A stretch of 64,000 bases of DNA, taken from NCBI GenBank assembly GCA_034439575.1, contig JAWXAQ010000002.1, positions 128,001-192,000 of the forward strand, in the 5' to 3' direction. The stretch comes from Leptospira sp. (GTDB lineage Bacteria > Spirochaetota > Leptospiria > Leptospirales > Leptospiraceae). The notes beneath the pieces are model-generated. The model ran no database searches. It was not told where the DNA came from and saw only the letters and a program-made list of their open reading frames with translations. This document shows positions 10,501 through 19,601 of this stretch, piece by piece; positions within the stretch are counted from its first letter, which is position 1, and each line of letters begins with the position of its first letter. Made by a program: the position numbers and the translations under genes.

Positions 10501-10614
10501 CAGATTTTTGTTATGGAACATGGAAAATTGGAAGAAAGAGGAACACATAAAGAATTAATCAATACAAAAGGAATTTATCATTTGCTTCATTCTAAGCAAG
10601 AGGCGATCCGATAA
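7549..10614 (+). CDS. Second HlyB/PCAT-type ABC transporter with two cNMP-binding domains and C39-like domain
   Basis: GEMGVIERKERNATV cNMP cassette, AFACRQMLLAYWG C39-like segment, TM region, GRSGSGKSS, LSAGQKQK, LVLDEPT, AHRL. Confidence 0.9.
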   Translation: MESISDALKKELLQEDIINHLTSEEFKTFIELFKQRTLTTNERIESKGTSSVPLLLVMSGRIQIHFHQNNSDLFVKSLTEGQFYGISELALGLLNSITFIADENSSLLLIPQDQLLAFFEATHHRKKIWNEFIDNVKLRDELRIHPFFRKLAKHELVELSHLVIKRNISKGKVLIKEGSKSDSLFFVYSGKFKITKSTWSDNFFSFVESGSVIGEMGVIERKERNATVTAEVESIVYELTAKDAETFFKKSESLFVTLKSLTTSRKINHEEKESEESITHESDDFFEDILHFLPESSFPPKIKNIKSFPIFIEDSSDQTAFACRQMLLAYWGYDKKLETDDNNFPKTDWEVSMQHWKDTFSDIGQTLVIDLLRFRKELERRIYIVRWETNKFVIVLPKKDNTIKIIDPSTGFKEITESEWNVKTGKHAVLFIPKIKPKINLIPSFDYFPGLYPFFKQYLPFLYSGILATFLIKALEITLPLINLYLIDNVLIREKQDFFYPILISVATISISQIVLSYFRSNVVNFSTTRVNQAIIIRFLEKLLSLPLTYFENHRKGEILQRWDEIEGVTNFFSEQGTLKFLDWIFGLIVFLIFLFLSPILLSVIIFFLIPEIYIVSRLSPLIERETKKESLRSADTLSYFIETINGNETVKNLGSVSVQRWDFEKRLTSQLNAEGKRMFYTNILDSSSLTFKLLTNVSILVLGTFLIFQNQITLGTLFGIIGLIAYVRSPMISLVQDGVRYQKAKLAWKRLMDWEKLDSEYTSQSKISKVEIPDIQGDLVLKDVSFSYKIGKRNFEILKLNVKFETGKKYAFVGRSGSGKSSIVKLILGLYERSDGDILLDGVSMEEIWLPSFRNRVGVLFQENPILLGTIRENITLARPDSTLSEVVEASKLALFHEDVIALPLGYDTELSEKGVILSAGQKQKLAFARLFLQKPSLLVLDEPTSSMDSESEAKIFSNLHRVFSDKTIITVAHRLETVRRYDQIFVMEHGKLEERGTHKELINTKGIYHLLHSKQEAIR

Positions 10615-10625
10615 TAAAAATAGGT

Positions 10626-11975
10626 ATGCTTACCATTCTTAGAATCATCCTGATTTGCAATTTGTTTTCAATGACGCAACTCATGGCTGAGTCTGTTGAT
10701 TTCTATGATTTACCGAAAATTGTGGGAGAGAAATCCTATCAGCTTAAATTAAAAGAAATTGAGATTCAAAAAAAGAAAATTGATATGGATACCCGAAACA
10801 TTCGGTATCTCCCTACGATGGATTTTGAACATTCCCCTTTTTTTGAAAAATTACCATCTGAAGGCTTTGATAGAAAAGGTTTATATTCATCTTTAAATTT
10901 AAATTGGAATTTCCAAGAACAAGGAAATGTATTTTTAACGAATCTAATTATGGAATTAGAATATGAAAGAATACTATTGGAATACAAGGCATTATATCAA
11001 AAAGAAATATTTGACCAAGCGTTCCAATATTGTGAGACACTTAAACTTTTAGCATTTTACGATTATGACTTTTCGAATGAATCGGATGCAGAAAAACAAT
11101 ACCAAACTATACAAAAATTATACAAACAAGGCATAGAATCATATCTTGTTACCCAAAACTCTAAAGTAGATTATTTGTTTTATAAATACAATGCAATTAA
11201 ATCAAAGTTAGATCAACAGAAAAGTCAATCTCTCTTCCGTAGAAAATTTTTATTGAAAGATGTGACTCTTAAAGATATTCCAGAAAAAGAATTCTCTGTT
11301 TTGCCTGTGAATGAAACAATGTCGAATTATGAAAAAAATCTTTCAGCTATAAACTTTGATATAGTACTTTCTATTAACCAAGTCAAAATCCTCGAAGTGG
11401 AAAAGCAGGTTCGGTTTAATGAATTGTGGGTTCCTGATTTTTTTGTAAATTTGTATAACAATAATTCCAAACAAACAATCTCTGGTATCAATGGAAGTTT
11501 TTCACAGTCAGAATATCTTTATGATTATTCTAGAAATGATTTTTCTTTATATGCAAAAAATCCAGATTCTTTTTCATCAACTGGTGCAAGTTTTGGAATT
11601 CGTGTCCCTTTATTTGATAGATGGATTTCTAAAAATGAATTTGATAAATCAAAAATTGAAATTAAATTTGCAAAGTCGCAGTCTGAATTTTTAAGAGAAA
11701 ATACTGCATTATTTTTATACGAATTGCTACAACAACATAATAATCTGATCGAATTATACAATATTTCGTTAGAGAGTAAAAAGACAGCAGATGAAAATTT
11801 TCAAATAATGGAAAGGGCATATAAAACTGGCTCTGCATCTATCGTAGAATTGCAGACTGTTGATAGACGTCAAAGAGAGGTTATGCGAAGTGCAATCCAG
11901 AATCGATATGATCTGATACAGTTGCGTTTACAAATCGGTCTCCTCCTTGGAGATACGATGAAGTTTTTAAATTAA
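10626..11975 (+). CDS. TolC-family outer membrane efflux protein
   Basis: Signal peptide, two helical repeats (LYKQGIESYL; AYKTGSASIVELQTV), GIRVPLFD strand, and position after ABC/HlyD genes. Confidence 0.8.
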   Translation: MLTILRIILICNLFSMTQLMAESVDFYDLPKIVGEKSYQLKLKEIEIQKKKIDMDTRNIRYLPTMDFEHSPFFEKLPSEGFDRKGLYSSLNLNWNFQEQGNVFLTNLIMELEYERILLEYKALYQKEIFDQAFQYCETLKLLAFYDYDFSNESDAEKQYQTIQKLYKQGIESYLVTQNSKVDYLFYKYNAIKSKLDQQKSQSLFRRKFLLKDVTLKDIPEKEFSVLPVNETMSNYEKNLSAINFDIVLSINQVKILEVEKQVRFNELWVPDFFVNLYNNNSKQTISGINGSFSQSEYLYDYSRNDFSLYAKNPDSFSSTGASFGIRVPLFDRWISKNEFDKSKIEIKFAKSQSEFLRENTALFLYELLQQHNNLIELYNISLESKKTADENFQIMERAYKTGSASIVELQTVDRRQREVMRSAIQNRYDLIQLRLQIGLLLGDTMKFLN

Positions 11976-11978
11976 GTA

Positions 11979-12749
11979 TTACTTTTGATTTGTTTCTAGA
12001 TTATTATTTTTAATAATAATATTTTTGTTTTTTTCGGTATCAAAAATAATTTGGTATCCATTTTCAATTTTGTTTAATTGGAAATAATGAGCTATTGATT
12101 TTCCGCATATATCAATGATCGAAATTTCATTTAATATATCTGGAGAATTTGAAAGTAATGATATATTGTGATGAAATTTTATTTGAGCACAGTTTTTATG
12201 ATATGGAAAAATTGTTTGTAACATATCTTTAATTAGTTTTTCATTATATTCGATTCTGGGTCTACGAAATTCCTCAGGAAAAAGTCCAGTTTCAAATTTT
12301 CCGATGATAAATATTGTTCCATAGAAATCTATTAATTTTCCATTTCCATGAAATAATCCATTTTGATAATTTCCTTCATATCGTACACCGTCAGGGAAAA
12401 TTTCTATTCCAAAACCATTGGGCATTCCATTTTCAAAAATGCCTTCAAAAGATCTGCCGTCGCGTAAGGTGGAAGTACATTTTCCTTCTGCTTTCCCATC
12501 TCGCCATGTCCCAACAATTTTTTTACCTAGACTAGATGTCATTTCACCGTATCCATTTGGTATTCTATTTTTTAACATACCCTTGAATGTAGAACCATCA
12601 GAATAAGAAATAACTCCTTCTCCATTTTCACATTCACCTAAAATACAATTTGGAATATCTTGACTAAAAACATTTCCAGATATTAATATATAACATATAA
12701 TAAGTGTTATATGGCATTTTATTATTTTATGATTCAAATAATTAAACAT
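11979..12749 (-). CDS. MORN-repeat protein, secreted
   Basis: Signal peptide then repeats such as YEGNYQNGLFHGNGKL, FEGIFENGMPNGFGIE. Confidence 0.85.
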   Translation of the reverse strand: MFNYLNHKIIKCHITLIICYILISGNVFSQDIPNCILGECENGEGVISYSDGSTFKGMLKNRIPNGYGEMTSSLGKKIVGTWRDGKAEGKCTSTLRDGRSFEGIFENGMPNGFGIEIFPDGVRYEGNYQNGLFHGNGKLIDFYGTIFIIGKFETGLFPEEFRRPRIEYNEKLIKDMLQTIFPYHKNCAQIKFHHNISLLSNSPDILNEISIIDICGKSIAHYFQLNKIENGYQIIFDTEKNKNIIIKNNNLETNQK

Positions 12750-12756
12750 TCAATAT

Positions 12757-14316
12757 TTAATTTCTTTCATTTTCACAAATGGCTTTTGCCACTTTGATTC
12801 CGTCCATTGCCGCTGAAACGATTCCCCCAGCGTAACCTGCACCTTCCCCACAAGGATAAAGACCTTTGATTTGGATATGCTCACAAGATTCAGAATCGCG
12901 TGGTATTTTTATGGGCGACGATGTTCTAGTTTCTGGAGCATGTACAACAGCTTCATTGGTAAGAAAGCCTTTCATGTTTTTATCAAATTCTTTAAAACCA
13001 CGAACAAGCGATTGGTGAATGACTTGTGGAAGAATTTCAATTAGATTACTGCTGATAATTCCTGGGGAGTAAGAGGTTTTTGGAAGGTTTGAAGAAATTT
13101 TATTATTTACAAAGTCAACTAACCTTTGTGCAGGTGCCGTTTGAGTTTTACCTCCTGCGACCCAAGCCTTTATTTCAATATCTTTTTGATAATACATGGC
13201 CGCAAGGGGTCCAGAATTTGAAAACTGACCAAAGTCACTTTCACGTAATTCGACAACTATACCAGAGTTAGCTGTTGGTCTTGCTCTTTCAGAAGAAGAC
13301 CAACCATTTGTAACTATTTCACCAGGAGATGTGGCGCAAGGCGCGATGACACCGCCTGGACACATACAAAAAGAGTAAACACCTCGATCATTAATTTGTT
13401 TAACTAAACTGTACGGTGACGGTGGTAAATAGGGATTTCTCACATCACATTTGTATTGTATCGAATCAATGAGAGTTTGTGGATGTTCTACCCTAACACC
13501 TATAGCAATGGGTTTAAGTTCAATAGATATTTTTTTGTCAACTAATAGCTGAAAGATATCCCTTGCTGAATGGCCTGTAGCCAAAATGATTTTATTACTC
13601 TCAATGATTTCACCTGTTTTTACTCGCACGCCTTTAACAGAAGAATCATTAATAATTAAATCAATGACTCTTGAGTTGAAGTGAATTTCACCACCGCAAG
13701 AAATAATGTATTCTCTAATTTTTCGAATGATATCAGGAAGTTTGTTTGTACCGATATGAGGATGGGCTTCCACTAAAATCTCAGGTGTCGCACCAAATGT
13801 CACTAAGAGATTTAGAACCTCATTTACATTTCCTCGCTTTTTTGATCTTGTATATAACTTTCCATCAGAGTAAGTACCAGCGCCGCCTTCCCCAAAACAA
13901 TAGTTAGAGTCTTCATTAACAATGTGATGTACGTTAATTCCCCTTAGGTCATTAATTCTTTCTTTAACATCCTTTCCTCTTTCAAGGATAATTGGTTTTT
14001 TACCCTGATGAATTAATTCCAATGCAGAAAATAGTCCAGCGGGACCAGCCCCGATGATTAAGATAGCTTCCTTTGCACTGACAGATTTAGTAATAGGGAC
14101 TTGAATCGGAGTTGGTATATATTCTTCATCTAAATATATAACAACAGTTAAATTTATAAAAACTATTTTTTGTCTAGCATCAATAGATTTATGAATGGTT
14201 TGAATATGTTTAATTTTAGAAATATTTATTTTTTCAGATTTAGAAACGTACTTTTTTAATACCTCGTATTGCCCTGCGATTTCTGGGAGTACTCGGAGTT
14301 GAAGCTCTTTTCTCAT
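12757..14316 (-). CDS. NAD(P)/FAD-dependent oxidoreductase (uncharacterised FAD-dependent dehydrogenase family)
   Basis: IIGAGPAG, FGEGGAGTYSDGKL, SFCMCPGG, GEGAGYAGGIVSAA. Confidence 0.9.
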   Translation of the reverse strand: MRKELQLRVLPEIAGQYEVLKKYVSKSEKINISKIKHIQTIHKSIDARQKIVFINLTVVIYLDEEYIPTPIQVPITKSVSAKEAILIIGAGPAGLFSALELIHQGKKPIILERGKDVKERINDLRGINVHHIVNEDSNYCFGEGGAGTYSDGKLYTRSKKRGNVNEVLNLLVTFGATPEILVEAHPHIGTNKLPDIIRKIREYIISCGGEIHFNSRVIDLIINDSSVKGVRVKTGEIIESNKIILATGHSARDIFQLLVDKKISIELKPIAIGVRVEHPQTLIDSIQYKCDVRNPYLPPSPYSLVKQINDRGVYSFCMCPGGVIAPCATSPGEIVTNGWSSSERARPTANSGIVVELRESDFGQFSNSGPLAAMYYQKDIEIKAWVAGGKTQTAPAQRLVDFVNNKISSNLPKTSYSPGIISSNLIEILPQVIHQSLVRGFKEFDKNMKGFLTNEAVVHAPETRTSSPIKIPRDSESCEHIQIKGLYPCGEGAGYAGGIVSAAMDGIKVAKAICENERN

Positions 14317-14383
14317 ACTTATAATGTCGGTTTAAATTTAATTTTTCTCCAAATTTCAAAAGTATTTCGAGTCTAAATAGGAT

Positions 14384-15100
14384 ATGAATCCTTTGGATAG
14401 AGCTAAATTCCAAATTCCAAGCCGTTTGCAAATGACAAGAGAGATTTTTGGAATCATCGATGCAGCAAAACTTATTTTTAATATACCAAAGTTACTAGAA
14501 ATACAAAAAGGGAATGGTCAGAGAATCATTGTCCTTCCTGGTTTTGCTACCGATGATATATTCACTTATCCATTGAGGAAATATTTAGAACAAATCGGTT
14601 ATGCACCTGAGGGATGGGGCTTAGGTCACAATCATGGCGACGTACCAGTGTTACTTGAAACTTTTAATAAGATACTTCGCACCAAGTATGCAGAAAAAAG
14701 TGAAAAAATCATTTTAGTAGGTTGGAGTCTTGGTGGTTATTTAGCTAGAGAATCTGCAAGAGATAATCAGGATTTAATAGAATGTGTGATAACATTGGGC
14801 TCGCCAATCATTGGAGGACCTAAGTACACTTCTATTGCAGATTTATATTCTAATCAGCATAAAATTGATATGGATGTTTTAGAAAAAGAAATCGACGAAA
14901 GATATAAAGTTCCATTAAATATTCCGCTTTATTCGATTTACTCAAAAAATGACAATGTTGTTAGTTGGGAAGCTTGTATTGATCATTATTCTCCCAATGT
15001 GATCAACCAAGAAATTGATTCTACACACATTGGCCTGATTGTGAATGCAGAGGCTTACTCTTTTATAGGAAAATTTCTTTCAACTATAAGAAAAAATTAA
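14384..15100 (+). CDS. Alpha/beta hydrolase (esterase/lipase)
   Basis: VLPGF oxyanion loop, GWSLGG nucleophile elbow, D and H (STHIGL). Confidence 0.88.
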   Translation: MNPLDRAKFQIPSRLQMTREIFGIIDAAKLIFNIPKLLEIQKGNGQRIIVLPGFATDDIFTYPLRKYLEQIGYAPEGWGLGHNHGDVPVLLETFNKILRTKYAEKSEKIILVGWSLGGYLARESARDNQDLIECVITLGSPIIGGPKYTSIADLYSNQHKIDMDVLEKEIDERYKVPLNIPLYSIYSKNDNVVSWEACIDHYSPNVINQEIDSTHIGLIVNAEAYSFIGKFLSTIRKN

Positions 15101-15110
15101 GAATTCTTTA

Positions 15111-15704
15111 TCACATAGAAACAAATCGTGGAATAGCTTCAACACGTTTGAACCAAGCTTTAATCGCAGGAAATTTTTCTAAATCAAAGCCACCTTCGTG
15201 GGCTACATGTGTATAAGCATATAGTGAGATATCTGCAACACTAAAGGAGTCACCTACGAAAAAAATTTCTTTCGTTAGTTGGTCTTCCATTACTGAGAGT
15301 GCTTTATAACCTCCAGATTGTTTTGATAGATATTCTTCTTTTCTGCTTTCTGGAATCCCTTGGTATTTTCGAATAAATCTAGCTACTGCAATGTACGGTT
15401 CATGACTATATTGCTCAAAGAACTGCCATTGCTGAGCTTTATAATATAAGAATCTGTCTTTTGGAAGTAAGTGAGAATCATGAGCTAGATAATTAATAAT
15501 CGCATTTGATTCCGATAAAATATTTCCATTATCTAATTCAATCAATGGAATTTTACCATTTGCATTTAAGGCTAAAAATTCTTTGGTTTTCGTTTCACCT
15601 TTCAAAATGTCTATTGGGACCCATTTATAAGGAATATCCATAAGGTGGCATGTTAATTTTACTTTATAACTGTTTCCTGAATGTTCATCGCCATATATTT
15701 TCAT
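15111..15704 (-). CDS. Glutathione S-transferase family protein
   Basis: SGNSYKV, NANGKIP, LSESNAIINYLA, SVADISLYAY. Confidence 0.93.
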   Translation of the reverse strand: MKIYGDEHSGNSYKVKLTCHLMDIPYKWVPIDILKGETKTKEFLALNANGKIPLIELDNGNILSESNAIINYLAHDSHLLPKDRFLYYKAQQWQFFEQYSHEPYIAVARFIRKYQGIPESRKEEYLSKQSGGYKALSVMEDQLTKEIFFVGDSFSVADISLYAYTHVAHEGGFDLEKFPAIKAWFKRVEAIPRFVSM

Positions 15705-15710
15705 AATATT

Positions 15711-17501
15711 TTATTTATATCCTGCTGCCTGTAATTCAAATAAGTGTGCATAACGTCCGTTCAAATGAATTAAATCTTTATGACTACCGCTTTCAATAAT
15801 TTTTCCATCTGACATTACAATTATTTTATCAGCCATTCGAACCGTTGAAAATCGATGAGAAATCAAAACTACCATTTTGTTTTGTGTCAGATTGCGAAAA
15901 TGATTAAAAATATTCATTTCTGCTTCTGCATCCATTGCTGAAGTTGGTTCATCTAACACCAATATATCGGCATTACTTCTCATAAAAGCTCGTGAAAGCG
16001 CGATTTTTTGCCACTGTCCTCCAGAAAGTTCCTGACCTCCTTTAAACCATTTTCCTAATTGCGTATGAAATCCATCTTTCATTTGTTCGATAAAGGTTTT
16101 TGATAATCCTTTTTCAGCCGCCTCATTCCATAAAATCTCATCATTCATTCTGTCAACATCACCCGCACCAATGTTTTCACCCACAGTGAATTGAAATTGG
16201 ACAAAATTTTGAAATATAACTCCTATACGTTTGTGTAAAATTTCTATATTCCAGTCATTCAAATCTATACCGTCTAACAATATACGCCCGCTAGTTGGCG
16301 AATAGAGTTTTGTTAATAATTTAATCAGAGTTGTTTTTCCGGATCCATTTTCACCGACAATAGCGAGTTTTTCACCTGGCAATAATTGTAAGTTTATATT
16401 TTTTAAAACTGGATTCGGATTCCCTGGATATTGAAAAGAAACGTCTTCGAATTTAATTCCATAATCCATCGTGCCTTTACTTATAACACCAGTTTTAACT
16501 TTGATTGGTAGATTCAAAAATTCGTATAAATTTGCCAGATACAAATTATCTTCATACATTCCACCTATAGAAGATAAGGCGGATGCGAAAGTGGATTGAC
16601 CTTGGCGAAAAACGATTAGAAACATTGTCATTTCTCCAAAGGAAATCACTCCTTGTATTGTTTCCAATATCATCCACACATATGCTCCATAAAATGCAGT
16701 CGTACTAAGTAGTCCTAAGATATAACTCCAAATTCCTTTTTTAATTGTTAGGTTTTTATCTTCTTCATAAAGGCGATTGAATATTTCTTTGTAACGATTT
16801 AAAAGCATATCTCCCAATCGAAATAATTTTACTTCTTTGGCATGATCTTCTCTCGCGATTAAAGTTTCTAAATAATGTTGTTGTCTTGTTTCTGGTGATC
16901 TCCATCGAAAGAGACGAAATGCATGTTCTGAAAATCTCGTTTCTGCAATGAATGATGGAATTGTGGCAATGATTAATATGATAACAGCGATTAATGAAAA
17001 TTGTAATAGTAAACCGCCAAATGTAATAAGTGTTAAAGTGGATTGACACAAACCGAAAATTTTTGTGATAAGGGCAAGTGGTCGACTGGAAGCCTGCGTC
17101 CTTGCTTGTGTCATTTTGTCATAAAACTCTGAATCTTCGAAATGTTGAAGTTCAAGAGTCAATGCCTTTTCCAATATCAAAACATTTACTTTTTGGCCTA
17201 ATTGAACTCTTAATAATGATTGGCATACATTTGTTAATTTTTGTGAAGCACCAAACATCATCAGTACGAAAGCTTCTATGATAACATATTTAATTGTGAT
17301 TTCTGAATCTATTGGACTTTGAGTTTTAGTCGCGAGTATCACACTGTCGACTATCAATTTTCCAACGTAAGCAACTACTGCTGGAAGGAGCCCATTAGAA
17401 ATGGTGACTGCGCAAATAGTTATAGTGAGTGTTTTACTCGTACTCCACAAAAGATTGATTGCGTTCCCAGCATATCGAAAAACATAAAATGCATTTAGCA
17501 T
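15711..17501 (-). CDS. ABC transporter ATP-binding/permease (fused)
   Basis: TM domain plus GENGSGKTT, LSGGQWQKIA, LVLDEPT, SHRF. Confidence 0.93.
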   Translation of the reverse strand: MLNAFYVFRYAGNAINLLWSTSKTLTITICAVTISNGLLPAVVAYVGKLIVDSVILATKTQSPIDSEITIKYVIIEAFVLMMFGASQKLTNVCQSLLRVQLGQKVNVLILEKALTLELQHFEDSEFYDKMTQARTQASSRPLALITKIFGLCQSTLTLITFGGLLLQFSLIAVIILIIATIPSFIAETRFSEHAFRLFRWRSPETRQQHYLETLIAREDHAKEVKLFRLGDMLLNRYKEIFNRLYEEDKNLTIKKGIWSYILGLLSTTAFYGAYVWMILETIQGVISFGEMTMFLIVFRQGQSTFASALSSIGGMYEDNLYLANLYEFLNLPIKVKTGVISKGTMDYGIKFEDVSFQYPGNPNPVLKNINLQLLPGEKLAIVGENGSGKTTLIKLLTKLYSPTSGRILLDGIDLNDWNIEILHKRIGVIFQNFVQFQFTVGENIGAGDVDRMNDEILWNEAAEKGLSKTFIEQMKDGFHTQLGKWFKGGQELSGGQWQKIALSRAFMRSNADILVLDEPTSAMDAEAEMNIFNHFRNLTQNKMVVLISHRFSTVRMADKIIVMSDGKIIESGSHKDLIHLNGRYAHLFELQAAGYK

Positions 17502-17573
17502 GATTTTGATTGAATGAATCCTATCTTTTTTGTATACAGATTCTTTAATAAAAATGATAATTATAAGAATTAT

Positions 17574-19595
17574 ATGTTTCGAAAAACGCTCTCCATATTT
17601 ATCCTTCTGAATCTTTGTTTCATACAGAATATATTTTCTGAGGAAAGGTTGTTATACTGGGAAAAAATTCATGTTGAGGCCTATTTAGATGAATTGGGTG
17701 ACTTGGAAGTCATAGAAACCCAGGCAATCAGGTTTAACGGTGATTGGAATGGGGCCTATCGAAAATATGATGTAGGTTGGGGACAAAAAATTAAATTCCT
17801 ATCTTTAGAAAGACAGTTGGAAGATGGAAATTGGAAATTATTAAAATCAGGTTCCATAGATGAGGTCGACTATTATGAATATTATCCATCAGATTATGAA
17901 ATTAAATGGAGATCCAGGGGAGTGACAGATCCTCCTTTTAAGGACAAATTAATTTTATACAGAATCAAAACCAAATATCAAAACATACTTAATCATAAAT
18001 TAGATGGCAGTTATGAATTGGATCATGATTTTGCGTTTAGTGATAGAGAGAGTAACATTCGTGAGATGGAGATAAATTTTAAATTTCATGAAAATTGGAA
18101 ATTGCCTACTAAAATTCAAAGTCAAATAGATTCACTAAATTTGAAGTTTATTTCATCAAAAGAGTTATTGCCAGGCGAAAAGTTTATAATTAAAATAGAC
18201 TTACAATTTATTGGTAAAAATCCAGAAATTCTCTCTCCTTCCATTATTTGGATATATTTAGAAAGATTTTTTCATATTATTATTTTAATCTTCGTATTAT
18301 CATTGTTCAACTATTTGATTTATTTATATGCCAAACAGAAAGGAATTTTTGATGACCCTAAAGAAATAAGTTCATGGGTGGAATTTGAGCAATTATTAGG
18401 AGGCGTTGTTCCTGAGCATATTGCTCTTTTATCAGAAAATGGACTCGTAGAATCATGGTTAACTCGGCTAATTTTTGAAAAGAAAATCCAAATCATCAAA
18501 GAAAAGGATGAAAGTTATATCATTCGGCATTTAGTACCTTTAAATGAATTTACAGAAAGGGATCAAAAAATCTTAAAAGAAATTTTTGTATTAAATAAAG
18601 ATACGATCACTAATAAAGAAATCAAAGATTTTTATCGCCAAAAGGGTGATAGTTTTTCCTTGAGCGCATCTATAAGATCAATTTATGAACCTGATCTGAT
18701 TCGTATGGGAATTGTAGAAAATAAAACAAATCATATTGAAAAAATATTTGCATTCTTATTCGAAACTATTCTAAAAAATGCCTTTATATTTTTTACTTTT
18801 GTTATCATTATGATGGTTCTTTATATTGCTTTGTTAAGTGATACAATGAGTACGAATGGAATCAGTCCAGGCAGACTCATTTTTTCTACTATAGTATTTC
18901 TAATAGCAACGCTTGTCATTTCTTTAGTGGAGGACACACATTACGGCTTCCATGATTTAAATCATAATCGAAAAATATTCTTTGTAACTCGATTTTTAAG
19001 ATCACTCATTCCCGGTTGTATAGTCATTGGATTTTATTTTTGGAGCATAGAACTTACCGATACATTTTATTATTCGTTATTGGGTTTAATCGGGATCGTT
19101 AGCGCCAATCATTTGTTAAGAGAATCACCTTTAACACATTTAAAACAAATTCAATCATCGCTCTGGGCTTTATCTTTAAAAGAATATTTAGAATCAAAAT
19201 TATTGTCGGATGATGTTTGCGATATTCCAGTAACGTATGTTGCTTATTTACCAGCTTTCGGACTCACTTTTTCAGTTCAATACCGGATTGAGAATAGAAA
19301 GAAGAACGACGTATTTCATTTGTTGCCCGAGTCTATTTCTGATATCAAAAGCGACTCTATAGAAAAAAGTTCTAATCCTCAAATTGGAAATACTAGCATA
19401 AGTTCAACGGAATCTGGTTCAAGTAGTTCCTCACCAAATATTGGAGCTGGAGGTATGTTTAGTGGAGCGGGCGCCTCTGCCTCATGGTCCGATATAGGAA
19501 ATTTTTCCAGCGCCACAAGTTATTCACCACCAAGTTCGAGCAGTTCGTCATCTGGCTCGAGTAGTTCAGGTGGTGGTGGTGGCGGCGGTTGGTGA
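17574..19595 (+). CDS. DUF2207-family membrane protein
   Basis: Probable start ATG 17574 (signal peptide). N-term VEAYLDELGDLEVIET...FNGDWNGAYR, TM helices, Ser/Gly tail ending GGGGGGGW. Confidence 0.75.
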   Translation: MFRKTLSIFILLNLCFIQNIFSEERLLYWEKIHVEAYLDELGDLEVIETQAIRFNGDWNGAYRKYDVGWGQKIKFLSLERQLEDGNWKLLKSGSIDEVDYYEYYPSDYEIKWRSRGVTDPPFKDKLILYRIKTKYQNILNHKLDGSYELDHDFAFSDRESNIREMEINFKFHENWKLPTKIQSQIDSLNLKFISSKELLPGEKFIIKIDLQFIGKNPEILSPSIIWIYLERFFHIIILIFVLSLFNYLIYLYAKQKGIFDDPKEISSWVEFEQLLGGVVPEHIALLSENGLVESWLTRLIFEKKIQIIKEKDESYIIRHLVPLNEFTERDQKILKEIFVLNKDTITNKEIKDFYRQKGDSFSLSASIRSIYEPDLIRMGIVENKTNHIEKIFAFLFETILKNAFIFFTFVIIMMVLYIALLSDTMSTNGISPGRLIFSTIVFLIATLVISLVEDTHYGFHDLNHNRKIFFVTRFLRSLIPGCIVIGFYFWSIELTDTFYYSLLGLIGIVSANHLLRESPLTHLKQIQSSLWALSLKEYLESKLLSDDVCDIPVTYVAYLPAFGLTFSVQYRIENRKKNDVFHLLPESISDIKSDSIEKSSNPQIGNTSISSTESGSSSSSPNIGAGGMFSGAGASASWSDIGNFSSATSYSPPSSSSSSSGSSSSGGGGGGGW

Positions 19596-19601
19596 AAGTT
19601 A

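Noticed and set aside
3385-10614. Bacteriocin/RiPP gene cluster
   Set aside because: The C39-like domains lack catalytic residues, and no precursor peptide or recognised RiPP maturase is present.
3385-12749. T1SS locus as a horizontally acquired island
   Set aside because: It looks AT-rich, but so do many other genes here. No integrase, tRNA or flanking direct repeats were seen, and I cannot compute composition statistics.
11979-12749. MORN protein as T1SS cargo
   Set aside because: Opposite strand, and it carries an N-terminal Sec-type signal peptide.
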